Below, piece by piece: positions 31,774 to 41,110 of a stretch of 64,000 nt of DNA (positions are counted from its first letter, which is position 1; each line of letters begins with the position of its first letter). The stretch comes from Candidatus Levyibacteriota bacterium (lineage in GTDB: Bacteria; Patescibacteriota; Microgenomatia; Levybacterales; UBA12049), in the NCBI GenBank assembly GCA_027334565.1, contig DAHWUP010000003.1, positions 31,961 to 95,960 of the forward strand. Reading direction: 5' to 3'. Both the position numbers and the translations under genes were made by a program. The notes under the pieces were generated by a model. It saw only the letters and a list, made by a program, of their open reading frames with translations. It had not been told where the DNA came from and ran no database searches.

Positions 31774-32673
31774 TTACATCGAACGTAAGATTTTAATCCG
31801 TTCTTCGATCGGGGGATGGGTATCGAAAAGCGAAGCGAACAATTGTTTTGTATTTTTTCCTTTGAAGGGATTGACGATAAAAAGGTGCGCTGTTGCGTTA
31901 GTAGCAGTTCTGACCGAATATGGATTTTTGGAAAGTTTCTCAAGGGCACTTGCTAAACCTTCGGGATAACGGGTTAAAAGTGCACCTGAAGCGTCGGCCA
32001 AGAATTCTCGTTTTCGGGATACGGCGAGTTGAATCAGAGTAGCAGCAATCGGGGATAGTATTGCCAGTATAATGCCGATTAAAAGAAACACTACCTGAAT
32101 GTTTCCTCTGTCTTCTCTTTCGTTTCGAAATCCGCCGAACCAAAGTTGATTGGTGAACAGGTTTGAGATGATGACGATAAATCCTACCAAAATTGCTACG
32201 ATTCCCATTAATCTTATGTCATAATTTTTAACATGGGACAGCTCATGAGCGATCACCCCTTCCAACTCGGTTTTGTTTAAAACTTGTAGAATACCGCTAG
32301 TAACACATACAACAGCATGATTCGGATCTCGTCCGGTTGCGAAAGCATTAGGTGAAGGATCGTTGATAATGTATATTTTCGGTGTTGGTAGTCCGTCACC
32401 TATACACAAATTTTCAACAATTCTGTAGAGTTCGGGATTATCTTTTTTTTCAATCGGCACTGCATGACTGGTAGCCAATACCAGTTTGTCAGAATAATAA
32501 TAACTCCCAATGCTAGTGATCCCCGCAAGGATTAAAGCGATACCGGCAAATCCCCACCCGTATCCCAAGGCTCTGCTGAAGACAAAAACAATAGTAGTAA
32601 TCACTAATACAAATAAAAGCATGATTGCCCATGTTTTATTTTTATTACCCGATATTGCCGAATATATATTCAT
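31774..32673 (-). CDS. htpX: Zinc metalloprotease HtpX (M48)
   Basis: HELSHV HExxH motif, N-terminal TM helices, 299 aa. Confidence 0.9.
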   Translation of the reverse strand: MNIYSAISGNKNKTWAIMLLFVLVITTIVFVFSRALGYGWGFAGIALILAGITSIGSYYYSDKLVLATSHAVPIEKKDNPELYRIVENLCIGDGLPTPKIYIINDPSPNAFATGRDPNHAVVCVTSGILQVLNKTELEGVIAHELSHVKNYDIRLMGIVAILVGFIVIISNLFTNQLWFGGFRNEREDRGNIQVVFLLIGIILAILSPIAATLIQLAVSRKREFLADASGALLTRYPEGLASALEKLSKNPYSVRTATNATAHLFIVNPFKGKNTKQLFASLFDTHPPIEERIKILRSM

Positions 32674-32678
32674 GGTAA

Positions 32679-33221
32679 TTAGAACTGGACTTTAACTGCC
32701 TGTTTTTCTTCCTCCGTTGCTGCGAAAAATTCCGCACTATTGAAATTAAACAGCTTGGCAAAAATAACGTTGGGGAAAATTTTCAGTTTGGTGTTATAGT
32801 CCATCACCGTACTGTTATAAAATTGCCTTGCGTATGCAATTTTATTTTCCGTATCTGAGATTTCTTCTTGGAGTTCCATGAAGTTTTGACTGGCTTTAAG
32901 ATCAGGATAATTTTCCGCTATCGCAAAGATGGATTTAAGGGTATCGCTTAGTTGGTTATTGGCTTTAGCCTTTTCTTCGACTCCTTTGGCCGAAACCAGA
33001 TTTTGCCTTGCTTCAGAAACTTTCTCGAAAACCTCTTTTTCGTGCTTTTCGTATCCCTTAACGGTTTCAACCAGATTGGGAATCAAATCGGTTCGTCTTT
33101 TCAGCTGTACGTCAATTTGTGAAAAAGCCTCGGATACATGCATTTTTGCCACTACGATGCTGTTATAAAAAAACCAGACGACGACCAGTAAAATTACTGC
33201 AACGATAATTAAAATAATCAA
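32679..33221 (-). CDS. lemA: LemA family membrane protein
   Basis: N-terminal TM helix then SQIDVQLKRRTDLIPNLVETVKGYEKHE, characteristic of LemA. Confidence 0.85.
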   Translation of the reverse strand: MIILIIVAVILLVVVWFFYNSIVVAKMHVSEAFSQIDVQLKRRTDLIPNLVETVKGYEKHEKEVFEKVSEARQNLVSAKGVEEKAKANNQLSDTLKSIFAIAENYPDLKASQNFMELQEEISDTENKIAYARQFYNSTVMDYNTKLKIFPNVIFAKLFNFNSAEFFAATEEEKQAVKVQF

Positions 33222-33241
33222 GTTACTCTACACCTCCTCTC

Positions 33242-35005
33242 TTAACTTTTTAACCATTCCGCAAATTTATTATACCCTAAAGTGTTAAGGATGTCATGCT
33301 TGGTAGCCCAACCGCGACGCGCCATGAATACACCGTACTTTTGGACGTCCATTTGCGCAACGGCATGGCTGTCGGAATCAATAATAAGGGGCACATTACT
33401 TTCTAACGCTAGTTTGATCAAACCATCACCAAGGTCAAGCCTTCCGGGCCAGCTGTTTATTTCCAAAGCTTTACGGTATTTATTACAAAATTCAAAAATT
33501 TGCTCCCAATCCAACTGATAGCCGTTGCGGATATTAAGCATACGACCAGTGGGGTGGGCAAGTATTTTGGCTTTTTGGTGTGATAAACCGGCTATGACTC
33601 GTTTAGTCATATCTGTTTTATTTAAAGAAAAAAGACTATGTATGGATACGATTGTACCGTCTAGGATTTCAAGAGATTTATTTCCAATTGCCAATTCTCC
33701 ATTGGGTAATATATCTGTTTCGAGTAACTTAAATATACGAACATTATAATTACTTGTTTTAATATGTTCAATATTTTCGTTGCGTCTCGCTATCAAATCA
33801 TAAATGGCACCTTCATCATGTTTAGACTGGCTAGGATTATGTTCTGCAAAACCTACATATTCATAATTTAGCTCTTTCGCCTTATTTAACATCGCTTCCA
33901 TGTTGTCGCTGCCAAGGTCATGACTTGGTTCGATTGGAAAATTTGAATGCAAATGCAGATCGCCTTTGATATCTTTCAGCTCAATAAGTTGTGGCAGCTT
34001 GTGTTGTTTAGCCAATTCAATTTCACCCTGATCCTCCCTAAGTTCAGGTGGTATCCAATCCAGATCTAAAGCATGGTAAAAATCATCTTCATTGGAAAAA
34101 ATGCTGATTTTTTTGGTTTTTATGGTTTTAATGCCGTATTCTGATAAGGACAATCCCTTTTTTAATGCATATTCGCGCAAGTGCACATTGTGATTTTTGC
34201 TTCCGGTAAAATGTTGAAGCAGTGAACCGTAGCTATTCTCGGGTTGAATAAGTAAATCAATCTGTCTTCCTCCGGATACCAAGATTGAAGCAGACACATC
34301 TCCTTTTTCAATTATCCTTTCCAGGGACGGATAGTTGACGAAGTGTTCAAGAACAAGCTTTGGTTCATTGGATGCGACAGCGATATCGATATCTCCCACC
34401 GTAGGCGATCTGCGTCTCAGACTACCCAAGGCGTTAACCTGCAAAACAGCGGGATTCTGTTTAAGATAATCAATTATCCTTTCCGAGATTTCAAACGCGT
34501 ATGGCAGCGTCATACGTGTTGTTTTGCCTTTTCCCTGTTTAAATTCCTCGATCGACCGGATAATATCGGCTTGCGACTTTTCTCCAAAACCCTCAAGAGT
34601 AGCGATTTTGCCTTCATGAGCGAGTTTTTCCAAATCCGAAATGGCACTTTCGGGATTCTTAAGATTAAACTCGTGGGCCAAACGGAACGCTGTTTTTGGA
34701 CCGAAACCGGGAATGTCGGTAAGTACGAATACGGATTCCGGGATACCTTTAATTGCCCAGTCAAAATGCGAAACCTTTCCTGTTTTGAATAATTCGGTAA
34801 AATGATCTTTTAGCGTCTTTCCGATGCCGGGTAATTGGCTTAGCTTGTTATCGTAATAATAATCCTGTAATTCGCCCGAAAGGTTTCCGATCGTATCTGC
34901 TGCTCTTAAGTAAGCAATTATCTGAAAACGAAATTTATTTTCATCCTTAATGGTGTATGCGGTGGCTACGTTTTTTAACAATTTGGCGATTTCTTGGTTG
35001 GTCAT
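33242..35005 (-). CDS. polX: DNA polymerase X family protein with C-terminal PHP 3'-5' exonuclease domain
   Basis: N-terminal HhH / Pol-beta-like region followed by a PHP domain (DLHLHSNFP...). 587 aa. Confidence 0.85.
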   Translation of the reverse strand: MTNQEIAKLLKNVATAYTIKDENKFRFQIIAYLRAADTIGNLSGELQDYYYDNKLSQLPGIGKTLKDHFTELFKTGKVSHFDWAIKGIPESVFVLTDIPGFGPKTAFRLAHEFNLKNPESAISDLEKLAHEGKIATLEGFGEKSQADIIRSIEEFKQGKGKTTRMTLPYAFEISERIIDYLKQNPAVLQVNALGSLRRRSPTVGDIDIAVASNEPKLVLEHFVNYPSLERIIEKGDVSASILVSGGRQIDLLIQPENSYGSLLQHFTGSKNHNVHLREYALKKGLSLSEYGIKTIKTKKISIFSNEDDFYHALDLDWIPPELREDQGEIELAKQHKLPQLIELKDIKGDLHLHSNFPIEPSHDLGSDNMEAMLNKAKELNYEYVGFAEHNPSQSKHDEGAIYDLIARRNENIEHIKTSNYNVRIFKLLETDILPNGELAIGNKSLEILDGTIVSIHSLFSLNKTDMTKRVIAGLSHQKAKILAHPTGRMLNIRNGYQLDWEQIFEFCNKYRKALEINSWPGRLDLGDGLIKLALESNVPLIIDSDSHAVAQMDVQKYGVFMARRGWATKHDILNTLGYNKFAEWLKS

Positions 35006-35031
35006 ACCTTCAAAAAAAGCATAGCAAAGGA

Positions 35032-35060
35032 TTGACTCTATTTCAAATATTGTTTAGAAT
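35032..35060 (+). promoter_or_regulatory. Sigma70-like promoter for tRNA-Asp: TTGACT-17-TAGAAT
   Basis: Hexamers at 35032-35037 and 35055-35060 with a 17-nt spacer. The tRNA starts 14 nt after the -10 box. Confidence 0.5.
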
Positions 35061-35073
35061 ACGGACAACACCG

Positions 35074-35148
35074 GGGGTGGTAGCTCAGTTTGGTTAGAGC
35101 GCTTCCCTGTCACGGAAGAGGTCGCGGGTTCGAGTCCCGTTCACCCCG
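35074..35148 (+). tRNA. tRNA-Asp (anticodon GUC)
   Basis: Manual cloverleaf. The acceptor pair GGGGTGG/TCACCCC and the D arm GCTC-AGTTTGGTTA-GAGC both fit. The anticodon arm is CTTCC-CTGTCAC-GGAAG and the T arm is GCGGG-TTCGAGT-CCCGT. CCA is not encoded. Confidence 0.9.
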
Positions 35149-35216
35149 CACGTCGGTTAAGCGTGCAATCAAATGTTAAGACTGCCCCGGAATTTCTGCT
35201 CGGAAAGGAGGAATAA

Positions 35217-35792
35217 ATGCCAAGACAAGCACAAGTTAAAAAATCTGAAAGCTTTTTATCTCAGATAAAATGGGGAGAATCATATACCAGTTTATTTTTG
35301 GGTGCAGTAGTGGTAATTATTGCACTGATACTTTTATTTTCTTTTCTGAAAGCCAAAAACGTTATGAAACAACAAACCGGTTCTACCTCAACCAACGTTG
35401 AACAAAAAATTATGCCAACGACTTATACGGTTAAAGAAGGTGAGAGTCTGTGGAGTATCGCCGAGAAATTATACGGATCCGGATATAATTGGATCGACCT
35501 TGCGAGCGCAAACAAGCTACAGGATCCAGGGTTAATTTTTACGGGTGATAAATTGGTCGTTCCAAACGTAAAACCCAGGATTGTTGAAAATAATATTGTA
35601 ACGACACAGACTGCAGTTTCTACAACACCGATCACGGGTAAAAGTTATACGGTTGTAAAAGGAGATTGTCTTTGGACAATTGCGGTAAGGGCGTATGGCG
35701 ACGGTTATAAATGGACGGAAATTGCAAAAGCAAATAATTTGACAAATCCAGATTTGATTTATCCGGGTAATGTCTTTGTATTACCAAGGTAA
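35217..35792 (+). CDS. Membrane-anchored protein with two LysM peptidoglycan-binding domains
   Basis: Two LysM repeats (YTVKEGESLWSIAEKLYGSGYNW... and YTVVKGDCLWTIAVRAYGDGYKW...). N-terminal TM helix. A perfect SD AAAGGAGG sits 8 nt upstream. Confidence 0.85.
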   Translation: MPRQAQVKKSESFLSQIKWGESYTSLFLGAVVVIIALILLFSFLKAKNVMKQQTGSTSTNVEQKIMPTTYTVKEGESLWSIAEKLYGSGYNWIDLASANKLQDPGLIFTGDKLVVPNVKPRIVENNIVTTQTAVSTTPITGKSYTVVKGDCLWTIAVRAYGDGYKWTEIAKANNLTNPDLIYPGNVFVLPR

Positions 35793-35815
35793 GTAGTACA
35801 TTCTCAATATATTGC

Positions 35816-35823
35816 TGTATAAT
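35816..35823 (+). promoter_or_regulatory. Extended -10 promoter TGTATAAT for tRNA-Gly
   Basis: TGnTATAAT ends 9 nt before the tRNA 5' end. Confidence 0.45.
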
Positions 35824-35832
35824 GTGATTTAT

Positions 35833-35904
35833 GCGGCAGTAGTTCAGTGGTAGAATGTCTCCTTCCCAAGGAGAAGGTCGCCGGTCCGAGTCCGGTCTGC
35901 CGCT
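35833..35904 (+). tRNA. tRNA-Gly (anticodon CCC)
   Basis: Manual cloverleaf. The acceptor GCGGCAG/CTGCCGC is perfect. The anticodon arm is TCTCC-TTCCCAA-GGAGA and the T arm is GCCGG-TCCGAGT-CCGGT. Confidence 0.9.
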
Positions 35905-36007
35905 CAAAAAATCGACTTCAAATTGAATTTAATAAATTTTTGTATTTAAATATTACCCGATTTTATCGAAAACGTTGATAGGTAATGAATTTTTTTATCA
36001 AAAAATA

Positions 36008-36036
36008 TTGACTGAAAATATTGTTTTTGATATAGT
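36008..36036 (+). promoter_or_regulatory. Candidate promoter TTGACT-17-TATAGT upstream of pyrG
   Basis: Near-consensus hexamers with a 17-nt spacer ending 5 nt before the GTG at 36042. This would imply a leaderless or very short-leader mRNA. Confidence 0.35.
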
Positions 36037-36041
36037 TAATT

Positions 36042-37724
36042 GTGCCCGCTATTAAAACGAAAAAAACAGCAACGAAATACATTTTTGTCTCCGGAGGTGT
36101 GATATCGGGTATTGGTAAAGGTACCAGTGCGGCTTCGATCGCTTTTTTGTTGCAATCAGCAGGATTCAATGTAACCCCGATAAAATTTGAAAATTACCTC
36201 AATTTGGATGCGGGTACCATCAACCCTATCGAACATGGAGATCCTTTTCTTTGCGAGGACGGAACCGAAGGTGACATGGATCTTGGTACCTACGAAAAAT
36301 TTTTATCTAAAAATATGGGTAAAGATAATTTTGTAACCATGGGAAGGATATACCAGACTGTGATCGACCGGGAAAGAAGGTTCGAATATAACGGCGAGGA
36401 TGTCGAGGCGATTCCGTATATTACAGATGAAATAATTGCAAGAACCGTTAACGTTGGTAAAAAGGATAACGCTGATATCGTCATTATCGAGTTGGGTGGC
36501 ACGGCGGGTGAATATCAGAACATCTTTTATTACGAGGCTTCAAGGATGATGACATTAAAAAATCCTGGTGATGTTATTCATATACACGTCAGTTATGTTC
36601 CAACACCCGGACACTTGGGTGAGCCGAAAACGAAACCCGCTCAGCTTTCCGTTCATACCCTCAATTCATTGGGAATTCAACCAGATTTTATTATTACCAG
36701 AGGTGAAAAATACCTTGACCAAAGGCGAAAAGACAGATTGGCTTTGTTTTGTAATTTGCATACCGATGATGTAATTTCTAATCCCGATCTTCCATCGGTG
36801 TACGAAGTTCCGATGGTTTTGCATAAGCAAAATTTGGAAACTAAAATAATGAAAAAGCTTGGTCTACCCGTGCGGAAAGCAAAGCTTAACGATTGGCAAA
36901 AATTTATCGACAGTATAAAGCAGGCAAACCAGACAGTTGATATAGCCATTGTTGGTAAATATTTCGGAACCGGAGAATATCAATTGCGCGATTCGTACGC
37001 AGCATTATTTGATGCAATCGACCATGCTGCTTGGAGTGTCGGTGTCAATGTAAGGACCATCTGGATCGATGCGGAAAAGTTGGAACAAGAAGACTCTGAA
37101 AAAACGATCGGTAAACCTTGCGGTATAATCGTTCCCATAGGTTGGGGTGAAAGGGGAGCCGAGGGAATGGTCAAGGCAGCTTCGTATGCCAGACAGAAAA
37201 AAATCCCATATCTAGGTCTTTGCTATGGGATGCAGCTGGCGACAATCGCGTTTGCCAGAGACGTTTTAGGATTTACAGACGCCAACACGGAAGAAAACGA
37301 CAAAAGAACGAAACATCCGGTTATTCATTTTATTCCTTCCCAAAAAAAGTTATTAAAAAGAAGGGCATACGGCGGGACGATGCGCCTTGGAACTTGGGAT
37401 GCGAAAATAAAACCTGGTACAAGAGCTTTTGAGATTTATCGATTACATCATGCCTTTAAAAATGAATCAAAAGGTATCGCCAGCGAAAGACACAGACACA
37501 GGTATGAGTTTAACGATAAATATAGTCGGGAGTTTGAAAATGCGGGAATGATAATCTCGGCCAGATCCGTTGAAGAAGATTTAGCCGAAATCGTAGAATT
37601 GCCCGAAGCGTTGCATCCTTTCTATTTCGGAACGCAAGGCCATCCCGAATATAAAAGCAGACCTTTGTCGCCTCACCCGATATTTTTGGAATTTATTAAA
37701 GCTTGTATGCAAACTCTTGAGTAA
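36042..37724 (+). CDS. pyrG: CTP synthase
   Basis: N-terminus TKYIFVSGGVISGIGKG and the glutaminase domain GLCYGMQLATIAF. 560 aa. The only in-frame start is the GTG at 36042. Confidence 0.95.
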   Translation: MPAIKTKKTATKYIFVSGGVISGIGKGTSAASIAFLLQSAGFNVTPIKFENYLNLDAGTINPIEHGDPFLCEDGTEGDMDLGTYEKFLSKNMGKDNFVTMGRIYQTVIDRERRFEYNGEDVEAIPYITDEIIARTVNVGKKDNADIVIIELGGTAGEYQNIFYYEASRMMTLKNPGDVIHIHVSYVPTPGHLGEPKTKPAQLSVHTLNSLGIQPDFIITRGEKYLDQRRKDRLALFCNLHTDDVISNPDLPSVYEVPMVLHKQNLETKIMKKLGLPVRKAKLNDWQKFIDSIKQANQTVDIAIVGKYFGTGEYQLRDSYAALFDAIDHAAWSVGVNVRTIWIDAEKLEQEDSEKTIGKPCGIIVPIGWGERGAEGMVKAASYARQKKIPYLGLCYGMQLATIAFARDVLGFTDANTEENDKRTKHPVIHFIPSQKKLLKRRAYGGTMRLGTWDAKIKPGTRAFEIYRLHHAFKNESKGIASERHRHRYEFNDKYSREFENAGMIISARSVEEDLAEIVELPEALHPFYFGTQGHPEYKSRPLSPHPIFLEFIKACMQTLE

Positions 37725-37753
37725 ATACCATGTTTACGGTATAATTACTTCTT

Positions 37754-38041
37754 ATGATTGCGAATATAGATTTTACTCCTGGTGATGTATTAAGAGTTTA
37801 TCAAAAAATACAGGAAGGCGATAAAATAAGAACCCAGATATTTGAAGGGGTTGTTCTGGGAATCTCGGGAAGGGGAGAGAATAAAATGTTTACGGTCAGA
37901 AAGTTGGTCGGTGACGTTGCGGTTGAAAAAATATTTCCTGTTAATTCCCCCAGTATCGAAAAAGCCGTGGTTAAAACACATTCAAAGAAAAAAATTAGAA
38001 GAGCAAAATTATTTTATTTGAGAAAAAAAGCCAACAATTAA
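37754..38041 (+). CDS. rplS: 50S ribosomal protein L19
   Basis: 95 aa, with GDVLRVYQKIQEGDKIRTQIFEGVVLGISGRGENKMFTVRKL matching conserved L19. Confidence 0.9.
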   Translation: MIANIDFTPGDVLRVYQKIQEGDKIRTQIFEGVVLGISGRGENKMFTVRKLVGDVAVEKIFPVNSPSIEKAVVKTHSKKKIRRAKLFYLRKKANN

Positions 38042-38397
38042 TGTTTATCCCCGAATCCTACTGCCAGATTTGGTGAAGATACGGCCTGTAATTTCCTCAA
38101 GAAGAAAGGTTATAAAATTATCGACTGAAATTTCCGCAAAGGTTATGGCGAAATTGATATCATAACAATTTACCAAAATATGTTGGTTTTAATAGAGGTT
38201 AAAACCAGAAATACCGGACATTATGGAGGAGCGATTGAGGCGATTTCATGCAATAAACTTAAAAAGCTTATATCTGCCAATATTACAGACTTTTGCACCC
38301 AAAGCTTCCCGAAGCGATGCGAATAGATGCGATATTAATCGATTTGGAAAGAAAAAAAGTTAAAAGCATCAATCACCTCGAAAATATCGGCAATTAA
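38042..38397 (+). pseudogene. yraN: YraN/UPF0102-family endonuclease pseudogene (no start codon, in-frame TGA, C-terminal frameshift)
   Basis: The frame beginning right after the rplS stop reads ...GEDTACNFLKKKGYKIID*NFRKGYGEIDIITIYQNMLVLIEVKTRNTGHYGGAIEAIS.... The TGA at 38126-38128 falls where YraN has a conserved Arg. The conserved C-terminus RIDAILIDLERKK...HLENI continues in a different frame after about 38310. Confidence 0.6.
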
Positions 38398-40382
38398 TTC
38401 TTTAACAACCTGATTTGGTCCCTTAAGATCGTGGCGGTTTCAAAATCAAGTTCTGATGCTGCCGTACGCATTTCTTTACTGAGTTTTTTGATCAATCTTT
38501 CTTTTTCATCCGGTAGTATGACTTCTTTTTTGCTTAACGTCAATAAATAGTTGATCTCCTCGTCTTTTTTTTCTTCTTGTTCGATTAGTTTGGCACGAAT
38601 AGATTTTTCTATCGATCGCGGAGTAATATGATGTTTATGATTATAGGCAAGTTGGACCTTTCTTCGTCTGTCTACCTCATCCATTGCGGCTTTCATTGAA
38701 CCGGTTAATGTGTCGGCGTACATGATCACGTTGGAATCGATGTTCCTGGCCGCCCTTCCCATGGTTTGTATCAAAGAGGTTCTGCTTCTTAAGAAACCTT
38801 CTTTATCGGCGTCCAGTATTGCTACCAGTGATACCTCGGGTAAGTCCAAGCCCTCGCGTAATAGATTTATTCCCACCAATACGTCGTGTTCGCCTGAACG
38901 AAGTCTATCCAAGACATCCTGTCTTTTCAAGGTTTCGATGTCCGAATGAAGATACGTTACTTTGATATTTCTTTCCTCAAGATATGATGAAAGATCTTCG
39001 GCCATTCTTTTAGTTAATGTTGTTACCAAAACTCGTTGTTTTTTTTTGATCCTATTTTCGATTTCACCGATCAAATCCTCTATTTGCCCTTTAGTCGGTC
39101 TTACATCGATTTGCGGGTCTACCAAACCTGTGGGTCTTATAAGCTGTTCGGCAACGGTATCGTTTTGTTTGGCAAGGCTTAATTCGTATTCGTCCGGGGT
39201 GGCGCTGACATAAACAATTTGGTTCGTCCTTGTCATAAATTCTTCAAAACGAAGAGGTCGGTTATCCAAAGCCGAAGGTAGCCTAAAGCCATAATCGATA
39301 AGAGTCTCCTTTCTTGCCCTGTCCCCGTTGTACATCCCTCTTATCTGCGGGACCGTAATATGAGATTCATCGATGATCGTCAAAAAATCTTTGTCGCATT
39401 CTTGAAAATAATTTATCAGGGTATAGGGCGCTTCGCCCGGTTTTCTACCGTCGAAATACCTTGAATAATTTTCAATTCCGTTGACATACCCGATTTGGTT
39501 TATCATGTCCAAATCAAAATTGGTACGTTGGTTTATGCGGTGGGCTTCCATAATTTTGTCTCTTGCTTTCAATTGTTTGACCCGTATGTCTAAATCTTCG
39601 CGTATTTTGGGAAATACATCCTTATAAGTTAAAGGGTTGGTCATGTAATGTTTTGCCGGATAAATTACGGTTGAATCGAGAACACTAAAAGTGTCTCCGG
39701 TCAAAGGATCAAATTCCAAAAGTTTATCGATTTTTCCGTTCGAAACTACTATTCTAAGACCGGAATCAAGATAGGCGGGAAAAAGGTCGATATCTTCACC
39801 CCTGACCCTAAAGCTCCCCCTTTCGAAAGCGTAATCATTGCGTTCATATTGCAAGTCAGCCAATCGTAACAAAATATCTTTTTGTTCGAGTTTTACCCCT
39901 GTTTTTAATTCCATGACGAACTTGCCGTATTCCACCGGTGACCCCAAATTATATATGCAGGATACCGAAGCTACGACTATGACATCCTTGCGCGTAAGTA
40001 AATTCGTGGTAGCAGCCAATCGCAATTTATCGATTTCTTCATTAATTTCAACCTCCTTTTCGATATAGGTGTCGCTTTGAGGGATATAGGCTTCGGGTTG
40101 GTAGTAATCGTAATAAGAGACAAAATAGCTGACTGCATTTTGGGGAAAAAAATCCCTGAATTCTTGATAAAGCTGAGCAGCCAATGTTTTATTGTGGGAG
40201 ATTATCAGCGTAGGTTTTTGAATTTTTTCGATTACGTTTGCCACGGTAAACGTTTTTCCGCTACCGGTAACGCCCAAAAGAACATGGCTGGGGTAGTGAT
40301 TATTTAGCCCATTTACCAATTTTTCGATAGCTTGAGGCTGATCGCCGGTGGGTTTAAAATCCGAAACCAATTTAAATTTCAT
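38394..40382 (-). CDS. uvrB: Excinuclease ABC subunit B
   Basis: Helicase motifs GVTGSGKT. 662 aa, with a C-terminal UVR domain. Confidence 0.97.
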   Translation of the reverse strand: MKFKLVSDFKPTGDQPQAIEKLVNGLNNHYPSHVLLGVTGSGKTFTVANVIEKIQKPTLIISHNKTLAAQLYQEFRDFFPQNAVSYFVSYYDYYQPEAYIPQSDTYIEKEVEINEEIDKLRLAATTNLLTRKDVIVVASVSCIYNLGSPVEYGKFVMELKTGVKLEQKDILLRLADLQYERNDYAFERGSFRVRGEDIDLFPAYLDSGLRIVVSNGKIDKLLEFDPLTGDTFSVLDSTVIYPAKHYMTNPLTYKDVFPKIREDLDIRVKQLKARDKIMEAHRINQRTNFDLDMINQIGYVNGIENYSRYFDGRKPGEAPYTLINYFQECDKDFLTIIDESHITVPQIRGMYNGDRARKETLIDYGFRLPSALDNRPLRFEEFMTRTNQIVYVSATPDEYELSLAKQNDTVAEQLIRPTGLVDPQIDVRPTKGQIEDLIGEIENRIKKKQRVLVTTLTKRMAEDLSSYLEERNIKVTYLHSDIETLKRQDVLDRLRSGEHDVLVGINLLREGLDLPEVSLVAILDADKEGFLRSRTSLIQTMGRAARNIDSNVIMYADTLTGSMKAAMDEVDRRRKVQLAYNHKHHITPRSIEKSIRAKLIEQEEKKDEEINYLLTLSKKEVILPDEKERLIKKLSKEMRTAASELDFETATILRDQIRLLKN

Positions 40383-40412
40383 AACAAGTTATTTTAGCAA
40401 AAAATGACACAG

Positions 40413-40461
40413 TTTGTAACAAATTCGATTATTGACAAAGTTTGTATATTTTTCGTATATT
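40413..40461 (+). promoter_or_regulatory. lexA promoter (TTGACA-18-TATATT) with candidate operator: perfect 11-bp palindrome TTTGTAACAAA (40413-40423) and direct repeat AGTTTGTA (40411-40418, 40439-40446)
   Basis: Read directly from the sequence. The region lies in the divergent uvrB-lexA intergenic spacer. The repeat copies flank and overlap the -35 box. Confidence 0.4.
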
Positions 40462-40479
40462 TTATTAGAAAGGTAAAAT

Positions 40480-41109
40480 ATGTCCGGAGTACTATATAAA
40501 AAAGAACGTGAAGTGTTGGAATTTTTGGCACAGTTTCAGAGACAGTACGGTTATTCTCCTACTCTTTCCGAAATCGCACACGGAACCGGTCACAAGAGCA
40601 ATTCAACCGTTCATACGTTAATTAAGTCGTTGGTTGAAAAAGGTTATGTTCAGAAGGTGGACGGCAATACCCGCGTACTAAAGATCGTCGACGAAAAAGT
40701 TACCTTGTCATTGATGGGGAGCAAACCTTCCGTTGAATTGCCTTTGCTTGGTTTCATCGCCGCAGGAAGCCCCTTGGAGCCCTACAGTGACCCTAACGCG
40801 TCGTTTTACGTCTCTGCCTCCTTGTTATCGGGAAAGAACACGGCCTATGTTTTACGGGTCAAAGGGAACTCGATGATAGAGGAAGGTATCCTGGACGGAG
40901 ATTATGTGGTTATCGAAAAAATCACCCAAGCCGTCAATGGGGATATAGTAGTAGCTATAGTTGATGACAATCTGGCAACGTTAAAGAAGTTTTATAAAGA
41001 AAATAACCGTGTCGTTCTAAGGCCGGCAAATTCGGAAATGTCTCCTATTTATCCCAATTCCCTGACGATTCAGGGTAAGGTGGTCGGGCTGGTCAGAAAA
41101 TTCGACTGA
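40480..41109 (+). CDS. lexA: LexA repressor (S24 peptidase)
   Basis: N-terminal winged HTH (LSEIAHGTGHKSNSTVHTLIKSLVEKGYV). The C-terminal S24 domain carries the VKGNSM serine and the catalytic Lys region. Confidence 0.9.
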   Translation: MSGVLYKKEREVLEFLAQFQRQYGYSPTLSEIAHGTGHKSNSTVHTLIKSLVEKGYVQKVDGNTRVLKIVDEKVTLSLMGSKPSVELPLLGFIAAGSPLEPYSDPNASFYVSASLLSGKNTAYVLRVKGNSMIEEGILDGDYVVIEKITQAVNGDIVVAIVDDNLATLKKFYKENNRVVLRPANSEMSPIYPNSLTIQGKVVGLVRKFD

Positions 41110-41110
41110 T

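Noticed and set aside
38126-38128. In-frame TGA in the yraN-like frame as a sign of an alternative genetic code (UGA=Gly/Trp)
   Set aside because: TGA clearly functions as a stop elsewhere (for example 6882-6884 ends the 864-aa gene with an ATGA overlap). All other long genes are intact under the standard code, and the same gene also carries a frameshift. A pseudogene or sequencing error is more parsimonious.
40383-40479. Classical LexA boxes (CTGT-N8-ACAG or CGAACRNRYGTTCG) upstream of lexA/uvrB/uvrA
   Set aside because: Neither consensus is present. Only the lineage-specific palindrome/direct-repeat candidates reported in findings were seen.
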